DNA from: Hemiscyllium ocellatum
Lineage: Eukaryota
Assembly: GCF_020745735.1 (NCBI RefSeq)
Contig: NC_083427.1
Span: 3,565,438-3,629,437 of the forward strand
Reading direction: 5' to 3'
Length of the DNA stretch: 64,000 nucleotides
Both the position numbers and the translations under genes were made by a program. Positions 11,760-24,780 of the stretch are shown here, piece after piece. How positions within the stretch are numbered: position 1 is the stretch's first letter; every line of letters begins with the position of its first letter. A model generated the notes under the pieces. That model made no database searches. It was not told the origin of the DNA and saw nothing but the letters and a program-made list of their open reading frames with translations.

Positions 11760-14410
11760 CCCAATAGGTCTTTCCATCCTCTCGTCATCTTCTTGTCAGA
11801 ATACAGCACGGACACCCATCATTCACATTGAGGGCCAACTTGAATGATTTTACGTAATTTGGTGTGGCTGACACTGGGTCAGTGGTTAACACAGCTTTCA
11901 GGCTGTGAATTGCCTTCTCAAAGTCTGCCGTCCAGTGCAAGTGTCTGCACTTCTTCAGTAAGTCAATCAATGGAACAACCACACTACTAAATTTGGTATG
12001 AATTCTCGATGAACCACATTCAATCCCAGGAATTTTAGTACTGACCTCTTCATTGATAGTATGGGAAATTCCCCAATAATCTTTTATTTTTCACATTCCA
12101 TGCAGCCGACTGTCCATGTACAACAACATGGCCCATGGAAATGACATAGTCGTTTGTGAAGACAAGCTAAGTTAGGTTTGTCACTAAGCCTGCCTCCTGA
12201 AGTCAACCGAACATTACTGATAGATGCTGAAATACTACTTTCATGTGCGATTAAAAGTCACCCGGTCGTCGATGTACTCCATATGATTGGGTAAACCACA
12301 AGTAACCATCTTGATTAACCATTGAAATGTGATTGGCGCACTTTAATACCAGTTTGACAGGGGAAATTCGGTGTCAGGAAAGCCGAAATTCTTTTCTTTC
12401 TTTCGAATAAAAATACCTGTCAGCATCATCCTAGTAAATCGAGCTTAAAAATAATATATATTGCTCGTCCCCTCTTCTCAAAGCTGTCTTTCAAACGCGG
12501 AATAGGACATTGATCAGACTTCGTATTGCATTGACTTCACTATCGTCCAAAATCTTTGGACACCATCTGGTTTTGCCACCATTACTATTGGTGATCTTCA
12601 TTCGCTGTAACTCACTTCGCTTATGTGTCTTTGAGCATGAGTTCAAACATATTTGAACCTGTGCCACCTTTAGACGATAAAGTATATAATGATGTTGCTT
12701 AATTGGATCATCATTTCCTATAATTAGATCATACATAGTACTTTCCAGCTTATTCCTACGTATCTCCTGTTCTGATTATATTAACTGTTTCAGATGTTAT
12801 AAACTTTTCTCTGGAAGGCAACTCAGTAACTTATTCCAAAGTTGAGATCCACATGAGCTATCGGCACCACATCCTTTTTAAAACCAACCGGTAACACAAC
12901 TTGGTGAACTTGTGGCCGATTCTCATCAGCCTGAAGATGTGATGATCTTCATTTACTCATAACGACGCCATTTTTATGATAGGAACATTTCTTGGATACA
13001 CTCAGACACTCCACCTTTACATGTTTTTTGATGGAACTGCTGCAGTTTTTCATTTTTCTATTACAAGTCAGTTATTTTCCCTGAACTAAAACTATCCATT
13101 TTGTCCTCCAACTATTCTCGCTTTTTCCTTAACCATTCGATAGATATGGTTTCTGATAATTGTACTTTCACTTCCTTTTCATTATTCTTTGGTTTCGCTC
13201 CTGCTCAACGAACAGCTTTGTGACCTTGTTATCAAACGGTCAGAAAAAGTCCCAGGATATACTTCCTGCCATATCTCAGTTGCCGGATTTTCAATTGGCT
13301 TTTCCACCACAATAAGCAGCAGTGTCACTTGTGATTCAGCTATATCAGCACCAAAGATAAATTGTGCTCCTAGACCCGAGAATTCTTATAGTAATTCTTT
13401 ATTCACATGTCACCGGATACTCCAACCTTCCTTTATATTGGATAATTCTCGTCTCACTTTGATTTCCACACATTACCGCTTTTTATGGGTAAGTCCTTCT
13501 GAATTACATATCTCGATCATCTCTCAATATCAAATGTTGATGTTCTCCCGTATCTCTTTGAAGTTCAATTTCTTTAGCTGCTCAACCTGGCTTATGTATG
13601 TAAGCCTCACCCTTGCAATTAACTGTTTTGGGAAGACCTGGCATTTTCTTCTCAATCAATCCCAGACAAGTTTTACATTCTGGTTAAGCTTTTCAGCTTC
13701 AGCTGTGGTTCCCTTCACCACTTCAACAGTAAAATCCCTGGGTTATCCAATGTCCCCACATTCCTCCTCCAAATGCTTTTTCTAAACCACCAAAACTGTG
13801 ACTTCATGTGCCTTACTTTATTCCAATAATAACACCTGAGTTAAATTAACTTCTCTTTTCCCCGCACGAGCCTCCATTTTACCCTGTGATAACTTATCTT
13901 TATTACCTTCAAAGAAATGGCCTGATACCTTACCAAGTAAAGGTTTCCCTTTTCACATTCTCATAGACTGAAATTGTTGTCAGAGTCAAACTTTGATTTA
14001 TAAGCCAATCATAACCATCGGCAATTTCAGCTGTGAATGATGCAAACTTAACTTTGTGCTCCTCCACATGAGTTCTTACTGCTTCAGGAAGTGAATTTTT
14101 GAACTCTTCAAAGATAATCAACTCCTCAAAGATAATCTAAAAGCGTTAAACTTTATGAAATATTTTCAATGTCCCGATGCACCTATCTACATTTTTGTTT
14201 GATTTTTTTCGAGCACAATGTCCATTAGATCAGGACCCATGCTTAGATTCCTGAAACTTTATCCATAGGCTTCTGGCTCCAGCCAATATGCACTTAAGGC
14301 TGATTTCTTCACATCTTCATTATCTCAAGATATATCCTCTGGCAGTGATGCAAATACCTCACCAGCTCTACCTCTCAACGTTTTTTTAGTTCAACAAAAC
14401 CCACGTGATT
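11760..14410 (-). mobile_element. Decayed Gypsy LTR retrotransposon internal region, Gmr1-like
   Basis: gag-like GRAGEVFASLPE..VKKSALSAY..PEAY and EEFKNSLPEAVRTHVEE; protease-adjacent GADIAESQV..ITRSQ; integrase-N-like QVHQVVLPVGFKKDVVPIAH (~12860-12920); RT YIDD (12276-12265); RT/RNaseH linker LIDLLKK..WTADFEKA..LKAVLTTDPV. LTRs not recognised. Confidence 0.8.
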
Positions 14411-14504
14411 ACTGACCACTTCATTTGTTCAATCAATTTCCTAAATGAAAAAAAAATCTACGTCCTGCTCTTCAAATTCAGGCAATGCTTGTGCATGTTT
14501 AAAC

Positions 14505-15070
14505 CACACCTGGCAAAAGTGAGGACTGCAGATGCTGGAGAGCAAAGTCGAGAGTATGTTGTTGGGAAAGCCCAACAGGTCAAGCAGCATCCGAAGAGCA
14601 GGAGAATCGAGGTTCCAGGCATAAGCCCAACTTCAGGAATGAGGTTTGTGGGCCATGTGCTGAGAGATATAAGAGAGTGGGGTGGGGTTGGAGGGAAGGT
14701 AGCTGAGAAATAGATAGGTGGATGAAGGTGAGGGAAAAGGTGATAGGTCTGGCGGGAGTGGGAGTGATGCAGGTCAGGAGGGTGGAAGCTTGGGACACGG
14801 CTAATGTGGGTGAGGGAAATGAGGAAGCTGTTGAAATCCACACTTATCCAGTGTGGTTTCAGGGCCCCAAGGCGAAATATGAGTCGTTCTTCCTCCTGGC
14901 GTCTGGTGGTAATGGTTCGGTGGTGGAGGAGGCCCAGAATCTGCATGTTCTTGACGGAGTGAGAGGGGGATTTGATGTGTTCAGCCATGAAGTGTTAGAG
15001 TTGGTGGCTGCGGGTGTCCCAGCGATGTTCTCTGAAACGACCCACAATAAGGCATCCTGTCTCCCCGATG
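14505..15070 (-). mobile_element. Penelope-like fragment, same family as 46350-47760
   Basis: AEHIKSPSHSVKNMQILGLLHHRTITTRRQEEERLIFRLGALKPHWISVDFNS parallels the 46.7-kb copy; shares the terminal sequence GCAGCATCCGA.GAGCAG..AATCGA. Confidence 0.88.
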
Positions 15071-15699
15071 TAGATTTTGGTGATATCGTATCGATTGTTT
15101 AAATTACATTTCAAAAAAACTAAAGCATATTACCTCGGATCATGGTATCTTGGTGATGGTCAATTTTATTGACCCGACCATTGGTGTGTCAGGAATTACA
15201 CTCTACAGAATTTCAACCCTCAGCCTTGTCTCAACAATAAATGCAAATGCACTCATAAAATGTTTAACAATTAATTCAACACGATCCATAATATCCACAA
15301 TCAAGTATTGAAGATGAGATAATTATTTGAAATAATTGATTCGTTCATTTCTGAATGGATATTTCAATTTCAATACAGCCTAATATAATGATACTTTTCT
15401 TCATAAAGAATGAAGAACGGGAGAAAGGAAACTGTTGGCTCTTAAAATCCAGGACACCAATTCAATCGTTTTCGTTGCATCTTCTATGTTCTTGGATGAT
15501 TTCCCAACCACATTGCTCAACTCTGTGGAAGTGCAAGGTAGTCGGTTGCATGGATTAGCAATGGTTGCCAATTCCCCTCAATCCACTGACAAACCTGACG
15601 TCCAAGTATACAGTTTTTCATAGTCCCCTAAATAATATAGATTTACTGGACACGAAAATCTGACAATTATCATATATTGCGAGGTAATTGGAGTTGGGC

Positions 15700-16555
15700 A
15701 GTAAAAGCTGTTAGTGTGAATGCTGCCCACCTCGAAATGATGAATTTGGATTCAGTCTGGTAGTCATTATGGTCAATAAGCATCGAAAGTAAATTAACGG
15801 GACACTGACCACATGGTCCTTGATTAAAATCAATTTATTTGAATTTAGTTGTTCAAGGAACATCATTTCTGCAGCGAATACAAGTGTGCCATTGGGGTAC
15901 TCATTGGAATGAACAGAATTAAACTGCATTCGGATAATACGTGTTAGATTTAAGCAAAACATAAATGGATGACATGAAACAAGAACAATTACATTTGGCA
16001 CCTCCGTGTTTTCTGAGAATAAAGGCAATGACAAAATAAGAATGCAACACTAAAAATGAAGATAAAGAGATATTTAAAGGCATTATGACAGCATTATATT
16101 TATACAAGTTGTGGAACAGAGAGCAAGTTTCTACTGGTTTGGACACTTCATTTTCTGGGTAAATGACAGGAGTTACAGTCTTGCCAATAAAGTTAGTTGA
16201 ACGACTTAGAAATACACATGGAAATAGAGCTAAGGTACTGAGCAAACAGGTGCTTTGTAATGTCAAAGATGGCACAAGTGGTTGAATAGTCCATTCATGT
16301 AAAGAGTAAATACCTGACCCATTCAAAATCAAAATTATTGTCTCGGAAGATTTGCAGTTAAATAAGCAACAGAAACATTTATAATATTAATGTTGGCTGT
16401 GATGTCATACAATATCTGGTGTAGTTTTGTCTTTGCTTTGTTTTGCTAATAGAGATACAATGAACGATTTTATAATATGTTGAAAAACGTTCATCATATA
16501 ACTTGCTTTGTTGCAACCATGACCTCACAACAAGATTCTGAGGAATTCATAACCA
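15700..16555 (-). pseudogene. Second, more decayed P2Y-like GPCR pseudogene
   Basis: MNSSESCC N-terminus, TLYMN (TM3-like), CLLSTLALFPCVF (TM4), TCSLFHNLYKYNAVIMPL..SYFVIAFIL (ECL2-TM5), FMFCLNLTRII (TM6-like), TRLNP (TM7-like). Many stops and frameshifts. Confidence 0.55.
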
Positions 16556-19500
16556 TGGTTTGAAACAAGAAACATTATTTGCAACATTTTTTCACGTATA
16601 AGTTTTGGGTACTTAGAGAAATACAGTTTCAATTGCATTTCTCTAAGAACGTCAAATCCTGAGACCATGTCAATAGGAATCAAAATGAATGTTAATCATA
16701 AATTGTCATAGAGTCGTTCAACATGAAAACATATCTATTAGGTCCAACCAGTCTATGCCGGTCATTGCTCCAAACTAACCTATTACCACCTGTGTGCGCT
16801 TGGACCCTATCTCGAAAACGTTTAGAAAATTCATGTACATATTCAAATGTCTTTTAAACGTTGCAACAATAACCACATCTGGACTTCCTCTGAAAATCAA
16901 TTCCACACGCGAGCAACTCCCTGTTTAGAAAACTTGCTCTCAAGTCTTTATTAATCTCTCGCCTCTCATCTTAATGAATACTACACCTAGTCATCTAATA
17001 CCCCATCCTAGAGAATGGACACTTGCCATTCACCGGATCTATGCCACTCATAATTTTGCGAAATTCTATAAGGTCACCCCTCAAACTGTTACAGTCCAGG
17101 AGACAAACAAATCCCAAAGCACAGAGATTAAGAGCAGGGAGACTATGCTGATATCGTATAAAGTGATGGCTGGGTCACAGCCGCAGCACTGTTTGGAGTT
17201 ATGAAATCCACGTTACAGGAGGCATGTTCTGTGTTCTTTGGGTTCTGCGTATAGCACTATTCTCAAACATTTCCTTTGTTAGGTCTAACAAACGTAGCTA
17301 TTAATCACATTCAGCAATAATCATCTCCATGTTCAGCAAATGAAAGTCCTGAACAGAAGAAATCATGTGCTCATGCAATAAGGTTATTAATAACAACAGC
17401 GACAAAATGAATGTTTATACTTTTAGAATTGTTTCCAAACATTTCCATTGCAATTATTTGGATAATGTATGGCACTTTTCTTTCTATAACAATTACTGGA
17501 CCTCCTAGAAATAAATGGGTTGTTATCTTTCCAATATTATTGGGAATCAGTTATATCCCTGGCTTCAAGTCCACTAGATTTGGTGGAAAATTTTCGATGT
17601 TCACTAATCTCAAAGACACCGTGAACATATCTCCAGAAAGTGAGTGACATAAGATGTACTTACACTTTTTCAAGATATTGCTGACAGTCCACAACTTTAA
17701 AAAATTGTCTTCAGTTTATTTTAATTGATGAAGTGTGATTTCCTCAGTTTGTAGAACTTACGTGGAATTTCATCAAAATCAACATGTAACAAAGAAAAAG
17801 TGAATGCAAGCGCTAAAGATTGAAAACGTCCAAATAGTTTTCATAGCTTAGTTGTGACGACAGAGAAACACAAGCTGAAGTGATGGCATGGAACAACCGA
17901 GACTGTTGAGAGGGAAAGTTAATTCAACGCCATTTGCGATCAGCATCTGATGGAGTTTCATTCACAACTTGTGACAAAACAAGAAGTAACTGTCTTCAGT
18001 AGTTTTTGTCAGTTAACCTGCAGGAGCAAAACCCAACAATTACCAAAATAAGATGGAGAAAAACCATCGCATATTCTAAATAACACACGCAAAAAGGTTT
18101 CTTATAGTTACGAAATCAGGAGATCTGATCTATAGTCTGGAAGTGAATGACAGCAGCCCATGCTTGGGTAAGTTCCCACTGGTTAGGTATTTCTTCAAAC
18201 ATGCAAAGTAAAATGAATAATTTGGATTTGGCAGAAAGATGAATGGACCCTTGAATCGAGTTTTACGAAAATGTTATGTTAAGAATCGCAATATGTAATG
18301 TTCATGATGCACAGAACCTCTCTGGTAAGTTAACAGACTAAGGGAGTAGAAATAAAATAAAAGTAGATGAAGACAAGAATGGGCAAATATAAAGTCGTTT
18401 ACAGTTGATGAAAGCAGATCAGATTTGACTTCTAAACGTCCAGAAAAGTATAAATTATCTGTGTTAACTGAATTAAATTAATATTCACTATGCATCATCA
18501 TACTGCAATTGAACTGGCAGTTAAAATTGCTTCAGTGAAGTACTTTGGTTTCAATTGACAGAGTGATTGCTGGTTTTAGCGGTGGCCATGGATAACATGC
18601 TTCACTGGTTAGTTTAAGTAAAGAAATGTAGCAGCATACACGGCACCATATAACGCAGTCATGATAATGCAGGCGTTACTTTACGAAACTTAGGCCCAGC
18701 AATGTAAAAAAAATGCAATGAAGTCATTACAAATAAAATTTCCAAAGTTAGGGCTGGAAATACTCGCAGAACCTGTTTTAAATATTCTACGAAAGCTGAC
18801 AGAATGAACTGAAGACTACTTACGTCTGTGCGAGACTAGCTAACACAAAAAAGATTGAAATTAAAATGGCAATACGGCTCCTTGATCATTTGAACAAACA
18901 AATCAGTGAAGCATCTGCTCAACTGTATTCGAAATCTGGCTTTGATCTATTTGCCGAGAGTACAGCTGGAATGCAGGAACGCCTTATTCCTCAGACAAAA
19001 CGTTTACATCACCCAAAGAAGCGAATGAACGCTATATGCTGTAAGTCAGATGCAATAAACATAATGCCTGGAAAAACTCAGCAGGTCTGGCAGCATCTGT
19101 GGAGAGAAAGCAGACTTAACATTTACAATGCAGTGACCCATCCTCAGAACTTCTGATTTTGTTTGTTCCTGACGACTGGCATATTGGTTTTTGATTCAAA
19201 ACTGAGAGTGAATACAAAGGGGAGACATTCTGTTATAGTTTCCTAATTTTGTGTTTGTTTGAGAAACTACACAGCTAGAAAGACATATTGGTTTGGAAAG
19301 TGTGCATCACGCAGAAACACATGAATGATGTTGTGCCTGAAAGACTGAAATGTATGAAAGCTGTGTGCAGCGATTACGCTAAAGTTCTACCAAAAATGAA
19401 TTAGTCAGCATGGCTGAAATTAGCTGGTCGAGAAATGTAGCGAAATAGATAACCGTTGAGATGCAAGAAACTGATATTTTTAGATAGCATCTCCACCTCC

Positions 19501-19994
19501 AATATCTGATGATAATGATGACAATGTTGGTGATGACCATAGATTATGAGGGATAGCATAATTAGCGCTAACCCATTAGGAAGCAATTAGGTGAAGAATT
19601 TCCTCATGTAATGAAATTGGAGTCATTGCACACGCCTTCTCAAAATTTTCTGGATATTGTGGGCCAATTTATTATATATTGTATTCTGTCAAATGTACAA
19701 CCCTGGCAAACTTGACATGGATATATTGGTCCTCAGATGAGATGATTATTGGATAGCCATTTTCTATACCAGTGATAAACGTGATTAATATCTCAAATTT
19801 ATCTTCTTCTAAGTAGTGTGTGTTGTAAGTTCACAAGGAGCTCTTATAATCCACTTTAGTTGTTTCGTGCAGATGGAAAACTATTGAAATCGTATTTAAG
19901 ATTCCTTGAAACAATTTCCTCCTACCAATTGAGTTTTATGGTTTCGTGATTTCTCTTTGCTTTCTTCTGCTTAAAATAACGCTCAAGCACATTT

Positions 19995-20215
19995 ATCAAA
20001 CTAAGTGTGGGTTTCTTATGGGTGCTCCGTTTTCTACCCACAATCCAAAGACGTGTAGGTCAGGTGAATTGGCCATGTGAAATTGCCCATAGTGTTAGGC
20101 GCGTTAGTCAGGGGTAATTAAATGGAGAATGGGTCTAAGTGGATTTCTCTTTGGAGGGTCGGTGTGGACTTGTTGGGCCAAAGGGCCTGTTTCCATATTG
20201 TGGGGAATCTAATCT
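19995..20215 (+). mobile_element. 5'-truncated V-SINE/HE1-like SINE
   Basis: AGGTGAATTGGCCATG..AAATTGCCCATAGTGTTAGG..GGACTTGTTGGGCCAAAGGGCCTGTTTCC. Confidence 0.85.
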
Positions 20216-20782
20216 TGCATTCACTGCGCCAAAGTTTTTACCATTCACCACTCAGGTAGAAAATATCTATTCTGAGATATTAATCATTTTTATTGAAACT
20301 AACTGTCCTCTTTCAAAGTGGTGCAGTGCCCGATTTGCATTTGTTCACGGAATCTGCAATTTATGACCACGTTTACATCTACGTTAATGATAATTTCGCT
20401 CTGTAAGTTCACTGAGTCATAGACTGAGGTTTTGTCCATGTTTTCTTTCTTCAATGCTATGTTCATCATTTCGCAGTTCGCCATAAAGCAACCAATCAGA
20501 AGTGGATCAGTCAATTCACCGAGTTGTACTGCACCAGAGGTTATGCAAACCTTATTATCGTCAAACCCAAATGCCTGAGTTTTCGATGTGACCCTTGATT
20601 CATTTAGTGTCAGAGAGTTATACTTCTCAGAAAAAGACCCGTCTGTGCAACTCATTCATGATCCCCAGACATCCCAATCTGACCTTACTCCATTTGTCAA
20701 CATTTCGCCTATATTTCTCTCAAGCTTCCTATTCATATATCCATCCAGATGCCACATAAATAATGCAAGTGTACCCGCCTGA

Positions 20783-21410
20783 AACATAGAGTCATCGAGT
20801 CACGGAGACATACAACACGGAAACAGACCCTTTGGTCCAATTTGTCCATGCTGATCAGATATCCCAACCCAACCCAGTCCCACCTGCCAGCACCCGGCTC
20901 ATGTCCCTCCAAACACGTCCTATTCATATACCCATCCAGATGCCTTTTAAATTTTGCAATTGTACTAGCCTCCACCACTTCCTCTGGCAGCTCATTCCAT
21001 ACACATACCATCCTCTGAATGAAAAAGTTGTACCTTAGGTCTCTTTTATATCTTATCCTTTCACTCTCAACCTATGCCTATTAGTTCTGGAACCCCCTAC
21101 CCCAGGGAAGAGACTTTGTATATTCATCCTATCCATGCCCCTCATGATTTCATAAACCTCTATAACGTCACGCCTCAGCCTCTGATGCACCAGGGAAAAC
21201 AGTCCCAGCCTATTCAACCTCTCCCTCTAACTCAAATCCTCCAAACCTGGCAACATCCTTTTAAATATTTTTTGCACCTTTTCGAGTTTCACAACATCTT
21301 TCCGAGAGGAAGAAGATCAGAATTGGAAGCATATTTCAAAAGCAACCGAACCAATGCCCTGTACTGCTGTAACATGACCTCCCAAATCCTGTACACAATA
21401 CTCTGACCAA
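20783..21410 (-). mobile_element. CR1 LINE 3' end
   Basis: VWNELPEEVVEASTIAKFKRHLDGYMNR, with a typical CR1 3' UTR ending in ACTCTATG-like repeats. Confidence 0.9.
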
Positions 21411-21589
21411 TAAAAGAAAACAAATAACTCCATTCACACTCCAGACTCTGCTAAATTTACTTCCTCATAAGGTGTTTTTTAATTTGTTCCCCTTTCACGT
21501 AAAATATGTGACTTTTATTTTTGGATCCTTCACCCTGGGAAGGAGACCATGGCTTTTCGGCATGCCAATTTCCTTTTGATATGAACCAT

Positions 21590-22200
21590 TAGAAGGTTAT
21601 GCTTACGAAAAGAAAAGGCCACCCCGTATACCTTATGGCCCGACAACATATTTGTGAACCTTTTCTGAACCCTCTAATTAAAAAAAAGTATTTCCTATAG
21701 AAGGGTGAACAGAATTCTACGCAGTACTCCAAAAGTGGCCTCACTGATGTCCTGTTCAACCGCAATGTAACAACCCAACTCAATGAATGCAAATATTTCA
21801 AAGGTCTTCTTGGCAACCTTGACTACCTGCGACTCTACTTTCACTGAATTATACAGCTGTACTCACAGGTCCTTTTGTTTGGTAACTATCCCAAGGGCCC
21901 TATCATTTCCTGTGTAGCTCCTGCCCCCCTTTACATTCCGACATGCAACCATCATACATATTTACATTAAACTCCATTCGTTAATCTGTTCAAGGTCCCG
22001 TCATACTCTGACTTAACCTTCTTTACTGTCGAAGACAACACCTATTTTGGTGTCATCTGTAAATTCAGTTACCACAGCTCGTATATTTGCGTCCAAATCA
22101 TCTATGTCAACGGCGAAAATCAGTGGGTGCATGCACTGATACTTGTGGCACATCTCTTGGCACAAAACTACAGTCGAAGAAAAAAATCTCTCCACCACCA
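21590..22200 (-). mobile_element. CR1 LINE RT fragment
   Basis: IDDLDANI..EFTDDTKIG and SVRPLLEYCVEFCSPFYRK. Confidence 0.85.
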
Positions 22201-23850
22201 AACTCTATCTTAGTCTAGAATAAATTTAGTAATGCAGCCTCGACAGCCCATCTGGGGTAAATAACTTCACAGATGCTCTACACTTTGAAATAAGAGACTC
22301 ACCCTCCTCTTAAATATGCACATAACGTATTCTAAGATTATGGTTTTTGATCCTAGCGTATCCTTGTCTTTGTGGATAGATGCATAGTGTGGGCGAACTA
22401 TGTACATTTGACTGAAGGCTGCTGTCAAGTGCGATCACTTCTGGATCCTTTATTGTTCATCATATATAACCGACCGAGATGAGAATGTATGGGGGACTAA
22501 GCGTTATCCTTGGAAGGAATAACAAGACAACGGATAACTCAATGAATGACAGGACGTCAGAAAGCTGAAAATACTAGAAGAGATGTTGGAGTGCTTATCT
22601 GCAGGTCCCTGATGTGGCAGAACAGTTTAATACATTAATAAATAACTCTAGACACTTTCCTTTATCAGGATAGATTTTACAGATTGTAAGAATAGGCGGT
22701 AATGCAAGAGCAATAGAAATTTTTGGTTAGGCCACAGCTAGAGAACTGTGTGCAGTTCTGAAAGCCACACTATAGGAAGGATGTGGCTGCACTGCAGGGA
22801 CTACTGAGGAGATCTGCCAGAGCTGAAGCATTCTAGATTCGAATACAGGCTGTATGGCCCTTGCTTGTTTTCTTTATGACAGAGAAAAAGAATAGGAGAC
22901 CTGATTACAGTGCATTTGAATATAAGCGGCATGGATAGAGTAGATTGGAAGCTTCTGTTTCCCTTAGTGAAGGGTCCATACCGAAATAACGCCATAATTG
23001 GAAAATGAAGTACATGCAGGTTGAAGTGAATTTGAGGAAATGTGTGTTCAGCCAGGCGATGGTGGGAATGCACTGCCTGGAAGTGAAGTTGAAGCGTGAA
23101 TCTTAATATGTAATTGAATGAGCACTTCAAGTATCAAAACATTCATTTCAAATGCTGGAAAGTGGGGTTATACTATATAGTTTGGCGCAGAGTCGATAAG
23201 TCGAAGTTTCCCTTCCGTACTTTATGATTTTATGACTCATCCTCCAGGGCAAACCATCTTTATGGATCCACCCTATCAGGTCCTGTACGATTCTTCTATA
23301 TTAGAGATAAGTTGACCTCTTATTCTTAGGTGTAAACGTGTGCATGCTTTCCACAAGTCTTCATTGTGATCCACGGCCAACACTCCTTAATCGATGCTTT
23401 CCTCAGTGCTTCACAATGAAGCAGGATTATGTGGAAAAAAAATATTTATGAGCATCTTATTTTTACCTTTATACCTTTGTAGACTCAGCATATTTCACCG
23501 CTTCTGGATTGTAAACAATATGAATGAACGAACTCTTCGTTTTTCTGTTTTCTTTTATAATAAAATCTACAAATTAAGCATTATTCTATTGCTGACACAG
23601 CTTAGTTCCCAAGTGCCATGTTATTTCACATGTTCATGCATCACTCTGAGCAATGATTATATTTAGGAAGCTTTTCAGGATAAGAATTAATTACTTAGCG
23701 ACAATAAAAGAAGTCCAAAGTCATCCCTTTGCATAAGAGTAACTATTCCTCAGGAAAGAATGTGCATCATTATCTGCTGCTCAGCGACACCTCAGTTATG
23801 AATGCTGTGGTCTCACACAACGTCACAGTGCGATTGAAATGCGCTATTAC

Positions 23851-24008
23851 CTTATGGACAGTTACAAATGTGCTGTACAACATACTGAGAATGAACAGGA
23901 TAACGAAAACGATGATGGCTAATGAGTTGTTGGCATCTTCACCGACTTTTTCTTGATCATTTCTTTCATTGCCATTTTCTTCCGGATATTCCATTATTTC
24001 GGGGATGC
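23851..24008 (-). CDS. IgNAR: IgNAR transmembrane exon TM1
   Basis: ATTACAG|GC ATC CCC (phase 1, compatible with the C5 and C3 donors) ... CAT AAG|GTAATA; 158 nt. Acidic spacer then SLAIIVFVILFILSMLYSTFVTVHK, which carries the antigen-receptor TM (CART) pattern F-x-x-L-F-x-L-S-x-x-Y-S-T-x-V-T. Confidence 0.85.
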
Positions 24009-24329
24009 CTGTAATCAATGGATACAGTTTGTTAGAAAAGTAGTCACATCGACAAAGAAAATCTCTAGAAAGTTTCTGCAATATCACCGAACTGGCACGT
24101 GGGATGTGACACGTTTGTCTTTGGACTAAGTGAACTTGAAAATGGAATTGTTGCTGTATCATGGGACTTTCAAAATACTGTAGATCACGCAGTTTTGAGA
24201 ACAGGCAAAAGAGGGCAGAGAAAAATCAGCACATTCTAAGTCAGAGGAAGCCATGCTTATAAAATTGATTAGACATTTTTGAAACTGCGATCATATGTGT
24301 GGATGAGGACAGTTTAGTTGACTAAGTTT

Positions 24330-24780
24330 ACGTGTATTTTAGCAATGCTTCTAATACGGTCCCATATGGGAGACTGATTTATAATGTTAAGAAACAAGGA
24401 ATTCAGGGAAACTTGGCGAGATTGAAGAAACTGACTTCGTAATATGACACAGAGGGTAGTGGTAGACGGCTGTTTGAGGTGAATGGAATCTGAAGTCCTA
24501 TGGTGTGCCACAAAAGAAAAAAAGCTGTAATAGAACACTATTGTTTGTTATTTATGTTAATGTATAAGTGAAAATGTGAAGCGATTGTTAAGCATATGCA
24601 GATGACACCAGAACTGGTAGAGCAGTTAATAGTTACAAAATTGGTTGTAGGATACAGGAAAATGTGTATGGGCTGGTCAGATGTGCAGACTAGTAGCAGA
24701 TGGTATTTAACCATGATAAGTTTCTTCTTTAGAAGAAGAAACAAGATAAGGGAGCATTTAATGAATGACAGGACATTGAA
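24330..24780 (+). mobile_element. CR1 LINE RT fragment in the C5-TM intron
   Basis: Degenerate GIQGNLA..VVVDGC..GVPQ..ADDTRTG sequence. Confidence 0.7.

Noticed and set aside
17411-17647. Hydrophobic 78-aa ORF, or cadherin-like reading of the opposite strand
   Set aside because: No recognisable family motif beyond a few residues.
23621-23629. GTGAAATAA (VK-stop) on the minus strand as TM2
   Set aside because: Preceded by CAT rather than AG, with no polypyrimidine tract.
23824-23851. CACAGTG next to the TM1 donor as a cryptic RSS
   Set aside because: No nonamer at the correct spacing; isolated heptamers are expected by chance.
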